Origin: Clostridia bacterium
GTDB taxonomy: Bacteria; Bacillota; Clostridia; CAKSNL01; HGM11501
Reading direction: 5' to 3'
DNA length: 64,000 nucleotides
NCBI GenBank assembly: GCA_045545475.1
Contig: JAZQAZ010000047.1
Span: forward strand, 32,001-96,000
In this document: positions 48,143-57,281 of the stretch, one piece after another
Layout: the number at the start of each line of letters is the position of its first letter
Numbering within the stretch: position 1 is the first letter of the stretch
Notes under the pieces: generated by a model
Told to the model about the DNA's origin: nothing
Seen by the model: the letters and a program-made list of their open reading frames with translations, nothing else
Database searches by the model: none
Program-made: the position numbers and the translations under genes

Positions 48143-50368
48143 ATGGAAAGTATATGGATTGATGCAGTAGAATTTAATACAAAAGGTGGATGGAAAAAGG
48201 AAAGTCAGTTTGTAAGGGAAATGGGAAGCTCATACCTTGTTGCAAATGACGTTCCGGGAACTCCCGCTGCCGATGCTGAAACTGAATTTACAGTTACCGA
48301 GGAGGGCTGGTACAGAATTTTTGCCCGCACAAAAAACTGGAAATATCCCGAAGCACCCGGTCAGTTTACCGTAAAGGTCGACGGGGAAGAGACGGCACAC
48401 ACTCTTGGTAAAATGCCCATTTTATATTGGTACTGGGATCTGGCGGGTGATGTTTACTTAAAAAGCGGCAAACACAAAATCGCTCTTTCTGATAAAACCG
48501 GATGGCTTTCAAGATGTGCTGCTATAATCATAACAAACGATTTTGATTATACCCCTTCTCCCGAGGAAAAAAGATGGCAGAAAGACAGAGCGGAGATGAA
48601 GGGCATATCATTAAAAACAAAGGATTACGGAAGCTTTGATTTTGCGGTTGTGGGTGCAGGCCCCGGCGGTATTCCTGCGGCGATAAGTGCCGCGCGCCAC
48701 GGACTTTCCGTTGCACTTATTTCAGGCCGTCCCACAATAGGCGGTAACGCCAGTGACGAAGGCTCCATCGGCTTGGACGGTGCAGGCTCCCATATCAAGG
48801 GCTATCACGAAACGGGAATTGCCAACGAGATAAAAAGAGTTTACGAGGAATTTCCCGATTTTACATATCAGTCCGCCCTTGAATACCTTGTGGAAAAGGA
48901 AAAAAACATTACCGTTTTCTTAAATGAAATCTGCATTGATGCAGAAAGTGAAAACGGCATAATTAAAAACATAACTTTGGTTAATGCTGAAACTCTCTGC
49001 CGACATACCCTTTCTGCACCTTACTTCTGCGACTCTACGGGTGACGGATGGGTTGGTTATTTTGCAGGTGCGAAATACCGTGTGGGAAGAGAGGCAAAGC
49101 ACGAATACGACGAGAATTTTGCCCATGAAGCACCTGACCTTTTAACCATGAGCGGATGTAACTGTGCTCCAGGTGTTGTAAGAAACTTTGCAGCAGAGGA
49201 TACAGGCTCTCCCGTGGAATTCGTCGCTCCCGACTGGGCCATAAAGTTCCCGAAGGAGCTTTACAGAAAACCTCAGTATAAGCACACCACAGAGTGGTGG
49301 CTTGAAAACTCCAACGATTATGACGATTTGTGGGACAGCGAATTTACCCGTGATGCAATGGTGCGTCTTGGTATAGGCTATTTTGACTGGAGAAAAAATC
49401 TCTACGAAGAAAAAGAAATTTTCGCAAATTATCGTCTTACAGAACTTGCCCTTCACTTATCAAAGCGTGAAAACCGCCGTATCATAGGTGACTATGTTTT
49501 AAGCCAGAAGGACTATACCGAGCAGACCGAGTTTCCCGATGCCATAGGCTATCACGGCTGGGGAATTGACATACACCACGTTAAAGGTATATTCTCAGGG
49601 GCAGAGGGTGCGTTTGACAGAGATAAGGGCGTTGGCGTTCCACCAAGTCCCATCCCTTACAGGTGTCTTTATTCCGTTAATATCAGAAATCTTTTCACCG
49701 CATCACGCTGCAGCTCATTTACCCATATGGCATTAGGCTCAACAAGAGTAGAATCCACCCTTGCACTATGCGGTCAGGCTGTCGGAGCAGCGGCATATCT
49801 TTGCAAAAAGTATGAAGTATTGCCGAGGGACATTTACCTTTTCTATATAAAGGAATTACAGCAGACATTAATATGCGATGACCAGACGATTTTGGGAGTT
49901 AAGGGCGAGGATGAAGCGGACAAGGCAAGATGTGCAACTGTTACAGCAACCAGTTTTGATAAAGAAGAGGCGGCTTTCCCCGAAAATGTTATAAACGGAG
50001 AAATCCGCTCAATCGAAAAAAATAACGCCTGGATTTCGGACAAGACAAAGGGGCTTCCTCAGAGTATTACCCTTGAATTGCCGAAGGACGAGAAAATATC
50101 TGAAATTCACATTACTGCAGATACGGACCTTACACTTCCCAGGCACTCCTACTGGCCCGTTGAAGTACCCTTCCTTCACACCTTAAAGGATGCGGACATT
50201 GAAATTCTTAAAGACGGCGAATGGAAAAAGATAGGCGAAATAAGAGGAAACTTTATAAGAAAAAATAAGATTGTCTTTGCACCTGAAATTGCAAAGGCGG
50301 TAAGAGTAACTGTTCTTTCTGCAAGTGGGGAAGATGTGGCAAAGATAAACGAAATAAGAATTTATTAA
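48143..50368 (+). CDS. FAD-dependent oxidoreductase flanked by beta-sandwich (CBM/discoidin-like) domains
   Basis: VVGAGPGG, IGGNAS, DSTGDG, RENRRIIGDY, IPYRCLY and GSTRV; C-terminal AWISD...SITLEL...INEIRIY. Confidence 0.85.
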   Translation: MESIWIDAVEFNTKGGWKKESQFVREMGSSYLVANDVPGTPAADAETEFTVTEEGWYRIFARTKNWKYPEAPGQFTVKVDGEETAHTLGKMPILYWYWDLAGDVYLKSGKHKIALSDKTGWLSRCAAIIITNDFDYTPSPEEKRWQKDRAEMKGISLKTKDYGSFDFAVVGAGPGGIPAAISAARHGLSVALISGRPTIGGNASDEGSIGLDGAGSHIKGYHETGIANEIKRVYEEFPDFTYQSALEYLVEKEKNITVFLNEICIDAESENGIIKNITLVNAETLCRHTLSAPYFCDSTGDGWVGYFAGAKYRVGREAKHEYDENFAHEAPDLLTMSGCNCAPGVVRNFAAEDTGSPVEFVAPDWAIKFPKELYRKPQYKHTTEWWLENSNDYDDLWDSEFTRDAMVRLGIGYFDWRKNLYEEKEIFANYRLTELALHLSKRENRRIIGDYVLSQKDYTEQTEFPDAIGYHGWGIDIHHVKGIFSGAEGAFDRDKGVGVPPSPIPYRCLYSVNIRNLFTASRCSSFTHMALGSTRVESTLALCGQAVGAAAYLCKKYEVLPRDIYLFYIKELQQTLICDDQTILGVKGEDEADKARCATVTATSFDKEEAAFPENVINGEIRSIEKNNAWISDKTKGLPQSITLELPKDEKISEIHITADTDLTLPRHSYWPVEVPFLHTLKDADIEILKDGEWKKIGEIRGNFIRKNKIVFAPEIAKAVRVTVLSASGEDVAKINEIRIY

Positions 50369-50372
50369 TAAT

Positions 50373-50401
50373 AAAAAAGTCAGGCACTGCCTGACTTTTT
50401 T
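50373..50401 (+). terminator. Intrinsic terminator
   Basis: AAAAAAGTCAGGCA-C-TGCCTGACTTTTTT. Confidence 0.75.
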
Positions 50402-50452
50402 ATTGCAATTTATACGTATTGTGCTATAATTAATAAAAAAGGGGGAATAACA

Positions 50453-51145
50453 ATGTTTGACGGAAAAATGAAAGCGTTAACCTTCAGCTATGATGACGGT
50501 GTTACACAGGACATCCGTCTGGTTGAAATTTTCAACAAATACAACTTGAAGTGTACCTTTAACTTAAATTCCGACTGTCTGGGAATGGAAGGAAGGCTCG
50601 AACGCCCGGAATATAATGTAAACCACACCAAGGTAAAGCCGGAGGATGTAGGGCACATCTATTCGGGGCACGAGGTGGCGGTGCACACTCTTACACATCC
50701 GAATTTGACCATTCTCTCTGATGATGAAGTAATCCGCCAGGTGGAAGAGGACAGAGTGAAGCTTTCTTATCTTTGTGGCTACGAAGTGGTTGGTATGGCA
50801 TATCCGGGCGGTCATTTTGACGACCGTGTGGTTTCTTTAATCGAAAACCATACCGGCGTTAAGTATTCAAGAGAGGTGCAAAGGACAAAAAGCTTTGAGC
50901 CCTTTACAGACCTTTACCGCTATAAGGGAACGCTTTATCATCACGTTGACTGGGATGAACTTTTTACTATGGGTGAGGAATTTATAAACTTAAAGGCAGA
51001 TACCCCGAAGGTATTTTACATCTGGGGACACGCCTATGAATTTGACATTCATCCCGAAAGATGGGAGCAGTTTGACGAGTTCTGCCGTATGATTTCAGGT
51101 AAGAGCGACATTTTCTACGGCACAAACAAAGAAATTCTTCTGTGA
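50453..51145 (+). CDS. Polysaccharide deacetylase (CE4/NodB-like)
   Basis: TFSYDDG, HTLTH, AYPGG and WGH motifs. Confidence 0.9.
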   Translation: MFDGKMKALTFSYDDGVTQDIRLVEIFNKYNLKCTFNLNSDCLGMEGRLERPEYNVNHTKVKPEDVGHIYSGHEVAVHTLTHPNLTILSDDEVIRQVEEDRVKLSYLCGYEVVGMAYPGGHFDDRVVSLIENHTGVKYSREVQRTKSFEPFTDLYRYKGTLYHHVDWDELFTMGEEFINLKADTPKVFYIWGHAYEFDIHPERWEQFDEFCRMISGKSDIFYGTNKEILL

Positions 51146-51152
51146 GGTTACT

Positions 51153-51377
51153 ATGGAAATAAAAAAAGGAATATATAAACACTTCAAAGGAAATATGTAT
51201 GAAGTTCTTGGAATGGCACTTCATTCCGAAACGGTAGAGGAAATGGTTATATATAAGGCACTCTACGGCGAAGGGAAGACCTGGGTGCGTCCTGCATCCA
51301 TGTGGGATGAAGAAGTGGAATACGAGGGGAAGAAAGTAAAGCGGTTTGAGTTTATCGGAGATAAATGTGCTTTATGA
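51153..51377 (+). CDS. DUF1653-family small protein
   Basis: GIYKHFKGNMYEV...HSET...YKALYG...WVRP...RF. Confidence 0.9.
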   Translation: MEIKKGIYKHFKGNMYEVLGMALHSETVEEMVIYKALYGEGKTWVRPASMWDEEVEYEGKKVKRFEFIGDKCAL

Positions 51378-51393
51378 AAACGGGAAAAGAGAT

Positions 51394-51432
51394 AACAAAA
51401 AAGAAGTAAGCTAAGCTTACTTCTTTTTTGTT
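51394..51432. terminator. Bidirectional terminator
   Basis: AACAAAAAAGAAGTAAG-CTAAG-CTTACTTCTTTTTTGTT. Confidence 0.75.
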
Positions 51433-51525
51433 CGAAAGGCTTACGATTTACAAGATGATTTCTAAGTATTATAACGGACTTCTTTAAGTCCTTATGGGCT
51501 TTTGTTTTTTATCATATGCTTCTTA

Positions 51526-52473
51526 TTACTGGAAATGATAGCCTACAGATAAGGGCCTGAAAGCGGCACCGTTTCTTAAGATGGAACCGTCCTTAATAGA
51601 ATAAGTACTGCTTGAAACTATTACCTTGCCGCTCCAGTTACCTTCGGCGGTTCTTAAAGAGTTACCGTTTCTTGAAAGAACAACAAACCAGTGTGTGGAA
51701 TTGCTTACGATGATTACGTCGCCTGCTCTTATTTCATCGGGATTGTAGAAGGCGCTGCCTCCTCTGGGAGAGCTTTTGCCGAATACATACTTTACGAAGT
51801 CGGCAGCATAGGCAGCACACCCCTTGGAGCCGTAACTGGAAATTTTAGGTCTCTGGGATGCTGACCAGGTAGTGCCGTTGCTGAATCCGGCTTTGTTTAT
51901 AAATTCGTTTACCTTTGCGTTGTAGGAAGAAGAACCTGAGGAAACCGCAGTGTTTGCAGTATTGTTGGAAGAAGTTTTCTTTTTAACAAGACGGATTCTT
52001 ATTGCCTCAATCGCTCTGCTCTTGCCGACAGTTCCTGCGATCTGGTCTTCGCCTACAAAATTGTGCCATCCTTCATAAGCAACGTGAACGGAATATTCAA
52101 CCGTGTAGTACTTGGCGATTTCGCCCTTAAGACGGATTTTTATCGCCTCTAAACGAAGGCTCTTGCCGGAAGAACCGCCCATTTCATAGTTGGAGCGATA
52201 GCGGGTATCCCAACCACGGTTCTGAATGTGAGTGTTATATTCGATGGAACCGCTCATACCGGAAATCTTTATCCAGATGGCTTCCATTCTGAGTCCCTGA
52301 CCTGTGGTACCGCATATTGCACCGTTTTTTACTTCGGGCAATGTTCCTTTGTTCTGTACGTGAGCTTTATAGGTTACAGAGGGAGTTGCAGCATCTGCCA
52401 CTGAGGGGAGTGCACATACGGAAAGTATGGTTGCGATTGTTAAAACAAGGGATATGATTTTCTTTAATTTCAT
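51526..52473 (-). CDS. Secreted protein with three ChW repeats and a C-terminal CHAP-like cysteine peptidase domain
   Basis: Signal peptide; repeats YKAHVQNKG, YNTHIQNRGW and YSVHVAYEGW, each followed by G(T/S)xG..LR/EAI. Ser/Asn linker. C-terminal GCAAYA, HWFVV and EGNW. Confidence 0.8.
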   Translation of the reverse strand: MKLKKIISLVLTIATILSVCALPSVADAATPSVTYKAHVQNKGTLPEVKNGAICGTTGQGLRMEAIWIKISGMSGSIEYNTHIQNRGWDTRYRSNYEMGGSSGKSLRLEAIKIRLKGEIAKYYTVEYSVHVAYEGWHNFVGEDQIAGTVGKSRAIEAIRIRLVKKKTSSNNTANTAVSSGSSSYNAKVNEFINKAGFSNGTTWSASQRPKISSYGSKGCAAYAADFVKYVFGKSSPRGGSAFYNPDEIRAGDVIIVSNSTHWFVVLSRNGNSLRTAEGNWSGKVIVSSSTYSIKDGSILRNGAAFRPLSVGYHFQ

Positions 52474-52618
52474 TTTTTTTACCTCTTTCTTTTTGATTTT
52501 TTAATTTTTTATATTTTTGACTGTGAGTAAATGTTTCGGTGGGCAGCCGATTAAGCCCCGATCATTCCTTTGCTGTTTATTTTTATGGGGAAGATTCATG
52601 AAAGACTGATTTTATTTC

Positions 52619-55600
52619 TCAGGAAGGGTGACTTCCTCCTTTCTTTGAAGCAAACTTCTTGAAAAAGTCTCTTAATCTGTATACACTTTTTATACAAGGG
52701 GAAAGCTCCGTTTGCTTTCCTAAAAGATATGAGATATATTCGCGCTCGGAAGAAAGCCGTTTGGTTGTGCGAGCCTTTTCTCCGTAAATCTCTTTTGCAA
52801 GGATTATGGCTTCGGAGAAATAAGCAGAAGCTTCTTCTAAATTTCCGATTTTTCTGGAAACATCGCCAAGAGAACTCAAAATGGAGAGCATACGCTTTTT
52901 GTTTTTCGATGAGTATGCTTTTTCAGTTTCCTTTGCTTTGAGATAGTAGGATTTTGCGGATTTAAGTGAGCCTTCGTCTTCTGCGATTCTTCCGAGATAA
53001 ATAAGTACACATGCTGTGCGGCTGTTTAGTTTGCCGTATAGATTATATACATAGAGAGCGGAAGCAAAATAATCCTTGGCGTAGGCGGGATTGCTCTGGT
53101 AAACCTGAATTTTGCCCCAGGCAAAATCCAGGTCAGCCAGAATAAGGTGCAATCCCGGTTTTATGGTGGAAAAACCCTTAGAAGCTTTATTAAGAAATGT
53201 TGCTCCACGGCCACAATCTCCGGAATCAATCAGTGCTTCTCCGAGTCTTAAGGCGGATAAAGCGGTGAGATAATCGTATGGACCGAAAAGAGCTTTCCTT
53301 ACGGTGTATGCGGAAGTGAAGTGCTCTGCGGCAGCAGTATGCCTTCCGTTAATTGAGCAAAGCCGTCCCAGTATGTGTTCTGCTTCGGCAACGGTTTTGC
53401 TTTTGCTGCCGTAAAGATTTTTTGAAATGTCAAGGTGCCTGCGAATATATTTTATGGCAAGTGAAATGTCGCCTTCGCCTTTTTTTAGAAGGGCAATGTT
53501 TTTATATACTGTAGATAATAAGGGAAGACTTAGATGCGAAAGTCGTAATATCTTTTCTGCATCAAAAAGATATTTGCAAGCTTTTTCAAATAGCGTCAGT
53601 TTAACTGCACTTTCGCCTGCCACATTAAGAGCAGCTGCAAAGAGTAGGGTGGGTACTGCACCCGGTGCATTAAGTATCTTTACGGCATATGAGCTTGCGT
53701 TGAAGGACTCCTCGTAATTACCCGAAGCTGAAAGGAATTTTGCAAAATTTAATAGTATTTCGGCACTGTCTGCTGTTTTTGGTTCCAACTTTTTTAATGA
53801 ATAAGACAAGGAAGCAATGACGGTAGCAATGGAATTTGTACGGTAGCCGTCTGTGAAAACGAAGTCTGACATTCCTCTTGAAACAGATAAAAGCATAGGA
53901 AGAATAAGCATTTCCTTGTTTTGCTGGGCATCAAGGATGTACTCTTTGACTGAGGAGGATAAGGTAAGAAGGTAATTTTGGGGGTTTGAAGAAATGATAC
54001 CTTTGGAAATGAGTGCTTTGATAGAAGAAAAGTTTTCGAGGGAAAGCTTTTCAGAAAGAAGATCGGGTAAAATGCCTGTTTTTCCGAAAAGTGATAGATT
54101 GAGAAGAATGTATTTCTCGTTATCTGTGAGTGGAAAAACCTTAAAAAATGCTTTGTGAAAATTTCTTCCGGTATCCGTCAGGCTGTTTATAATCTCATTG
54201 AAAATTACACTGGGGGTTCTTTTGGATGCAGATACTGCCTTGCCGAGTATTACGGCTGATTCTGCAAGATTATCTACCATGGAAAAAATTACTCGTAAAG
54301 AAGTCTCTTCATCCTTAGACAAAGTCTTTTCATAATAATGATAAAATATGTCGACAAGTGAAGCTGTTTCTCTTATCGGGGGAAGCTCATAGCTGAAAAA
54401 GTCAGGCATATCTTTGGGATTTTCACCTGTTATGATGATTTTTGCAGGTAATGATAAGAGAAAGGACAAATCATCACTCTCATGAAGATTCTCTTTGTCA
54501 ATAATTATTATAGTATCAGAGTCAGCTTTCTGAGCAATCATCTTCTTTTTGCGGGCAAGATAATCCGAGGTGTTCTCGTGCTCAAAAGGTGATATGCCGC
54601 TTATCGGAAAAATTTTATCATCCCTTAAATCCATGGTTAGAGGTGCTGCTGAATTTACATATATTACAGCGTTGTATAAATTTCGATAAGCCTTTACATA
54701 AGAGAGTAGTAGAGAGGTTTTGCCTTCTCCTTTTTTACCGTAAAGGTAAATCTTATTGTGCATTTTGAAAAGTTCATGGATCACGGAAATTTCATTGTCT
54801 CGACCTGTATGAAAATCTGTGAAGTCAGGCTCAGAAGAAAGCAGGTGAAAATCCTTTGGATTTAAATAGGCGAGAATTTTATCTATCTGGCTTATAAGTT
54901 CTCCGACAGTTTTGTAACGATCTTCGGGATTTGCAGCCAGGGTTTTGGTGAAAAGCTCTGAGATCAAAGGAAAAGACTTTGGGTCGGCATCCTTGAAAAT
55001 GGGCAAGTCGGCAAAGGTATAAACTGAGAAGCGGTGCCTTTCGGAAGGAAGAGAATGGCGGGATAACATTTTGTAAAATATTATTTCGCCAAGGGAAAAT
55101 ATGTCGCACTCTGCTCCTAACTTTTTTGCCTCCTCCGGAAGCAACATTTCAGGTGCCCTAAAGGCACTGCTTACGGAAGAGAGGGAAGAAAGCAGTACGT
55201 TTTCTTTCAAAGAGATACTGTCGGTTTCAAAAATCATCACGACATCGGGATTTTCTGGAAGAGTCATAATACATTCAGGTTTTAATCCCAGGTGTAAAAG
55301 CCCTTTGAAATGGAAACGCTCCAAAGAAAGAGCAATGGATTTTGCACGTCTCATAAGGTCGTAAAGAGAATTTTCGCTTATTCTGTCATAGGTTAGGCCT
55401 CCGATACATGACATTCCTCTGTACATTGTACCGTTTGAAGAAAATGTTTTTTCTTCCCGAGAGAATGCTTTGCTGTTAAGTTTTAAAAGAAAGCTTTGCT
55501 TCTGCTTTTCTGTAAAGCTTCTCATGCCTTCTCTAAAGTCCTGAGCATCGCTTTTGTCAATGGGAAATAGTGTGCCTTCGCTGTTTCTTGAAAGAATAAG

Positions 55601-55771
55601 TGAATCAGGATTATATTCCTTTAATAAATACTTCTTCTTTTCTCCGTTTTCGTTATATTCTGCAAAATATAAAACGCAGGATAAATCGATTCCGGCGAGG
55701 GATTTTATTTCGTAAAATCCTTTTGAATTTTTGGGGCGAACAATATCGCCCGGCTTTAAGTATCTGTCCAT
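52619..55771 (-). CDS. Pseudokinase + P-loop (STAND/NB-ARC-like) NTPase + TPR repeat protein
   Basis: Kinase fold remnants LLKEY, HLGLKPEC, RAPE and DIFSLG; HTGRDNEI followed by Walker A GKKGEGKT and IIIID; C-terminal ~42-aa TPR-like repeats (LYGSKS..VA, LFGPYD..TA, IYGEKA..T). Confidence 0.82.
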   Translation of the reverse strand: MDRYLKPGDIVRPKNSKGFYEIKSLAGIDLSCVLYFAEYNENGEKKKYLLKEYNPDSLILSRNSEGTLFPIDKSDAQDFREGMRSFTEKQKQSFLLKLNSKAFSREEKTFSSNGTMYRGMSCIGGLTYDRISENSLYDLMRRAKSIALSLERFHFKGLLHLGLKPECIMTLPENPDVVMIFETDSISLKENVLLSSLSSVSSAFRAPEMLLPEEAKKLGAECDIFSLGEIIFYKMLSRHSLPSERHRFSVYTFADLPIFKDADPKSFPLISELFTKTLAANPEDRYKTVGELISQIDKILAYLNPKDFHLLSSEPDFTDFHTGRDNEISVIHELFKMHNKIYLYGKKGEGKTSLLLSYVKAYRNLYNAVIYVNSAAPLTMDLRDDKIFPISGISPFEHENTSDYLARKKKMIAQKADSDTIIIIDKENLHESDDLSFLLSLPAKIIITGENPKDMPDFFSYELPPIRETASLVDIFYHYYEKTLSKDEETSLRVIFSMVDNLAESAVILGKAVSASKRTPSVIFNEIINSLTDTGRNFHKAFFKVFPLTDNEKYILLNLSLFGKTGILPDLLSEKLSLENFSSIKALISKGIISSNPQNYLLTLSSSVKEYILDAQQNKEMLILPMLLSVSRGMSDFVFTDGYRTNSIATVIASLSYSLKKLEPKTADSAEILLNFAKFLSASGNYEESFNASSYAVKILNAPGAVPTLLFAAALNVAGESAVKLTLFEKACKYLFDAEKILRLSHLSLPLLSTVYKNIALLKKGEGDISLAIKYIRRHLDISKNLYGSKSKTVAEAEHILGRLCSINGRHTAAAEHFTSAYTVRKALFGPYDYLTALSALRLGEALIDSGDCGRGATFLNKASKGFSTIKPGLHLILADLDFAWGKIQVYQSNPAYAKDYFASALYVYNLYGKLNSRTACVLIYLGRIAEDEGSLKSAKSYYLKAKETEKAYSSKNKKRMLSILSSLGDVSRKIGNLEEASAYFSEAIILAKEIYGEKARTTKRLSSEREYISYLLGKQTELSPCIKSVYRLRDFFKKFASKKGGSHPS

Positions 55772-55910
55772 TTTTGTTAACCTCCTTTTTTAGTTTACAC
55801 TGATTTTTTACCATAAAAGGGACTATAAGTACAGGTATCGAAAAAAACACCTCTGAAACGTCGATGGTTTGATGTTTCAAAGGTGTTTTTTAAAAATTAT
55901 AATAAAATAT

Positions 55911-55939
55911 AAAAGCCGGTGAAATTCACCGGCTTTTTT
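55911..55939. terminator. Terminator hairpin downstream of the GH109-like gene
   Basis: AAAAGCCGGTGAA-A-TTCACCGGCTTTT. Confidence 0.7.
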
Positions 55940-55940
55940 G

Positions 55941-57173
55941 TTATCTTTTTCTTCTTATTGTGTACTTGTGGTCTTCGCCGTGTACTCTCTTTAACCATTC
56001 ACCGTTTGTAAAGTCGGGAATGCCAACTGCGTGACCTGTTGCAATGGATTCTTCGGAAAGTGCGGATATGCACATTACGGAAGCAGCATCGTAAACGTCA
56101 ATGGGGCTTTCCCATCCGTTCTGAACACAGTTTACGAATGCGGAGAAAACAAGACCGTCAATTCCGCCGTGACCGCCTGATATGTTGGCGGGATCCTGCC
56201 AGAGGGGATGATCGCTTTCGCCGTTATACTGCTCGGCGTTTCTTAAAAGACCTTTAGAGCTCCATTCGCACTTATGGTGTTCAGGGTTATTGTCAAAGTA
56301 GAACAAGTCACCGTTTTCGGTGTAATAAGCCTTTGTTCCGTGAACGGCAAAGTCTCTTGAATAGCAACGCGGAAGGGTTGTTTCAAGGTTAAGTGTAATT
56401 GTTTCGCCGTGAGCACACTTGATAATTGTTGTAACAACGTCGCCCTGCATAACATCGTGACCGATAATAGAATCAGCACCGTGACCGGTTTCTTCGGAAT
56501 AAGCACGAAGACCTTTAGCGCAGGATGCAACGGAAACAAGGCTTACCATACGGTTTCCGTCGTTAACTCCTAAAATTTTGCAGATGGGAAGAAGTTCGTG
56601 TGTTGGGTAGTTATCGCAGTTACGGTTAAGGTAATTACGGAGACGATAATGACCAAGCTCCTTACCTCTTGCGATTTCGTTACGAAGGTCGTGACGGTAA
56701 CCGCCTTCACAGTGAACAACTTCACCGAAAAGTCCCTTGTTAACCATATCGAGAAGCATAAGCTCACGACGGCCGTAACAGCAGTTTTCCATCATCATAA
56801 AGAATGTGCCTGTCTCTTCCTGGGTATGTACAAGTCTGAAGCATTCGTCAACAGAGTATGCACCGCCAACCTCCATTGCTGTGGGCTTTCCTGCCTTCAT
56901 TGCATCAATTGCAATTGTTGCATGGGATTCCCATGCGGAAGCAATCATAACTGCCTCAACTTCGGGATCGTTTAATATTTCGTGATAGTCTGTGGTAGAC
57001 TTAGGAACGGGACGATTTCTTTCGGTAAGAATTCTCTCCATTTTTTCTATCTTCTTAGGATCGATGTCGCACATTGCAACAATTTCAACATCGTCACGTC
57101 CGGGTAAGTTGTGTCCAACCCATCCTTCGCCTCGGAGACCAAGTCCGATAAAACCAAGTTTTAATTTAGCCAT
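55941..57173 (-). CDS. GH109-like NAD+-dependent glycosidase (Gfo/Idh/MocA fold; alpha-N-acetylgalactosaminidase-like), paralog A
   Basis: GFIGLGLRG, MEVG, MENCCY, NYPTH, TTLPRCYSR and GGHGGID. Confidence 0.8.
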   Translation of the reverse strand: MAKLKLGFIGLGLRGEGWVGHNLPGRDDVEIVAMCDIDPKKIEKMERILTERNRPVPKSTTDYHEILNDPEVEAVMIASAWESHATIAIDAMKAGKPTAMEVGGAYSVDECFRLVHTQEETGTFFMMMENCCYGRRELMLLDMVNKGLFGEVVHCEGGYRHDLRNEIARGKELGHYRLRNYLNRNCDNYPTHELLPICKILGVNDGNRMVSLVSVASCAKGLRAYSEETGHGADSIIGHDVMQGDVVTTIIKCAHGETITLNLETTLPRCYSRDFAVHGTKAYYTENGDLFYFDNNPEHHKCEWSSKGLLRNAEQYNGESDHPLWQDPANISGGHGGIDGLVFSAFVNCVQNGWESPIDVYDAASVMCISALSEESIATGHAVGIPDFTNGEWLKRVHGEDHKYTIRRKR

Positions 57174-57281
57174 TTATATCAATCCTTTCATGTAAACTAT
57201 GATTTACAAATCCTATTATATATGATAAATTTCTTTATTGCAATACGAAATCGGATAAAAACCTATGATTTTGGCTACTTT

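Noticed and set aside
52474-52618. c-di-AMP (ydaO) riboswitch upstream of the cell-wall hydrolase
   Set aside because: The conserved ydaO elements (GCTGAATCC...GGGGGA...CCGTCAGCTAAC) are not found on the minus strand.
55840-55891. Long imperfect hairpin upstream of the STAND gene as a MITE or ncRNA
   Set aside because: It is a single copy in the window with no target duplication, and is most simply a second terminator-like structure after the GH109-like gene.
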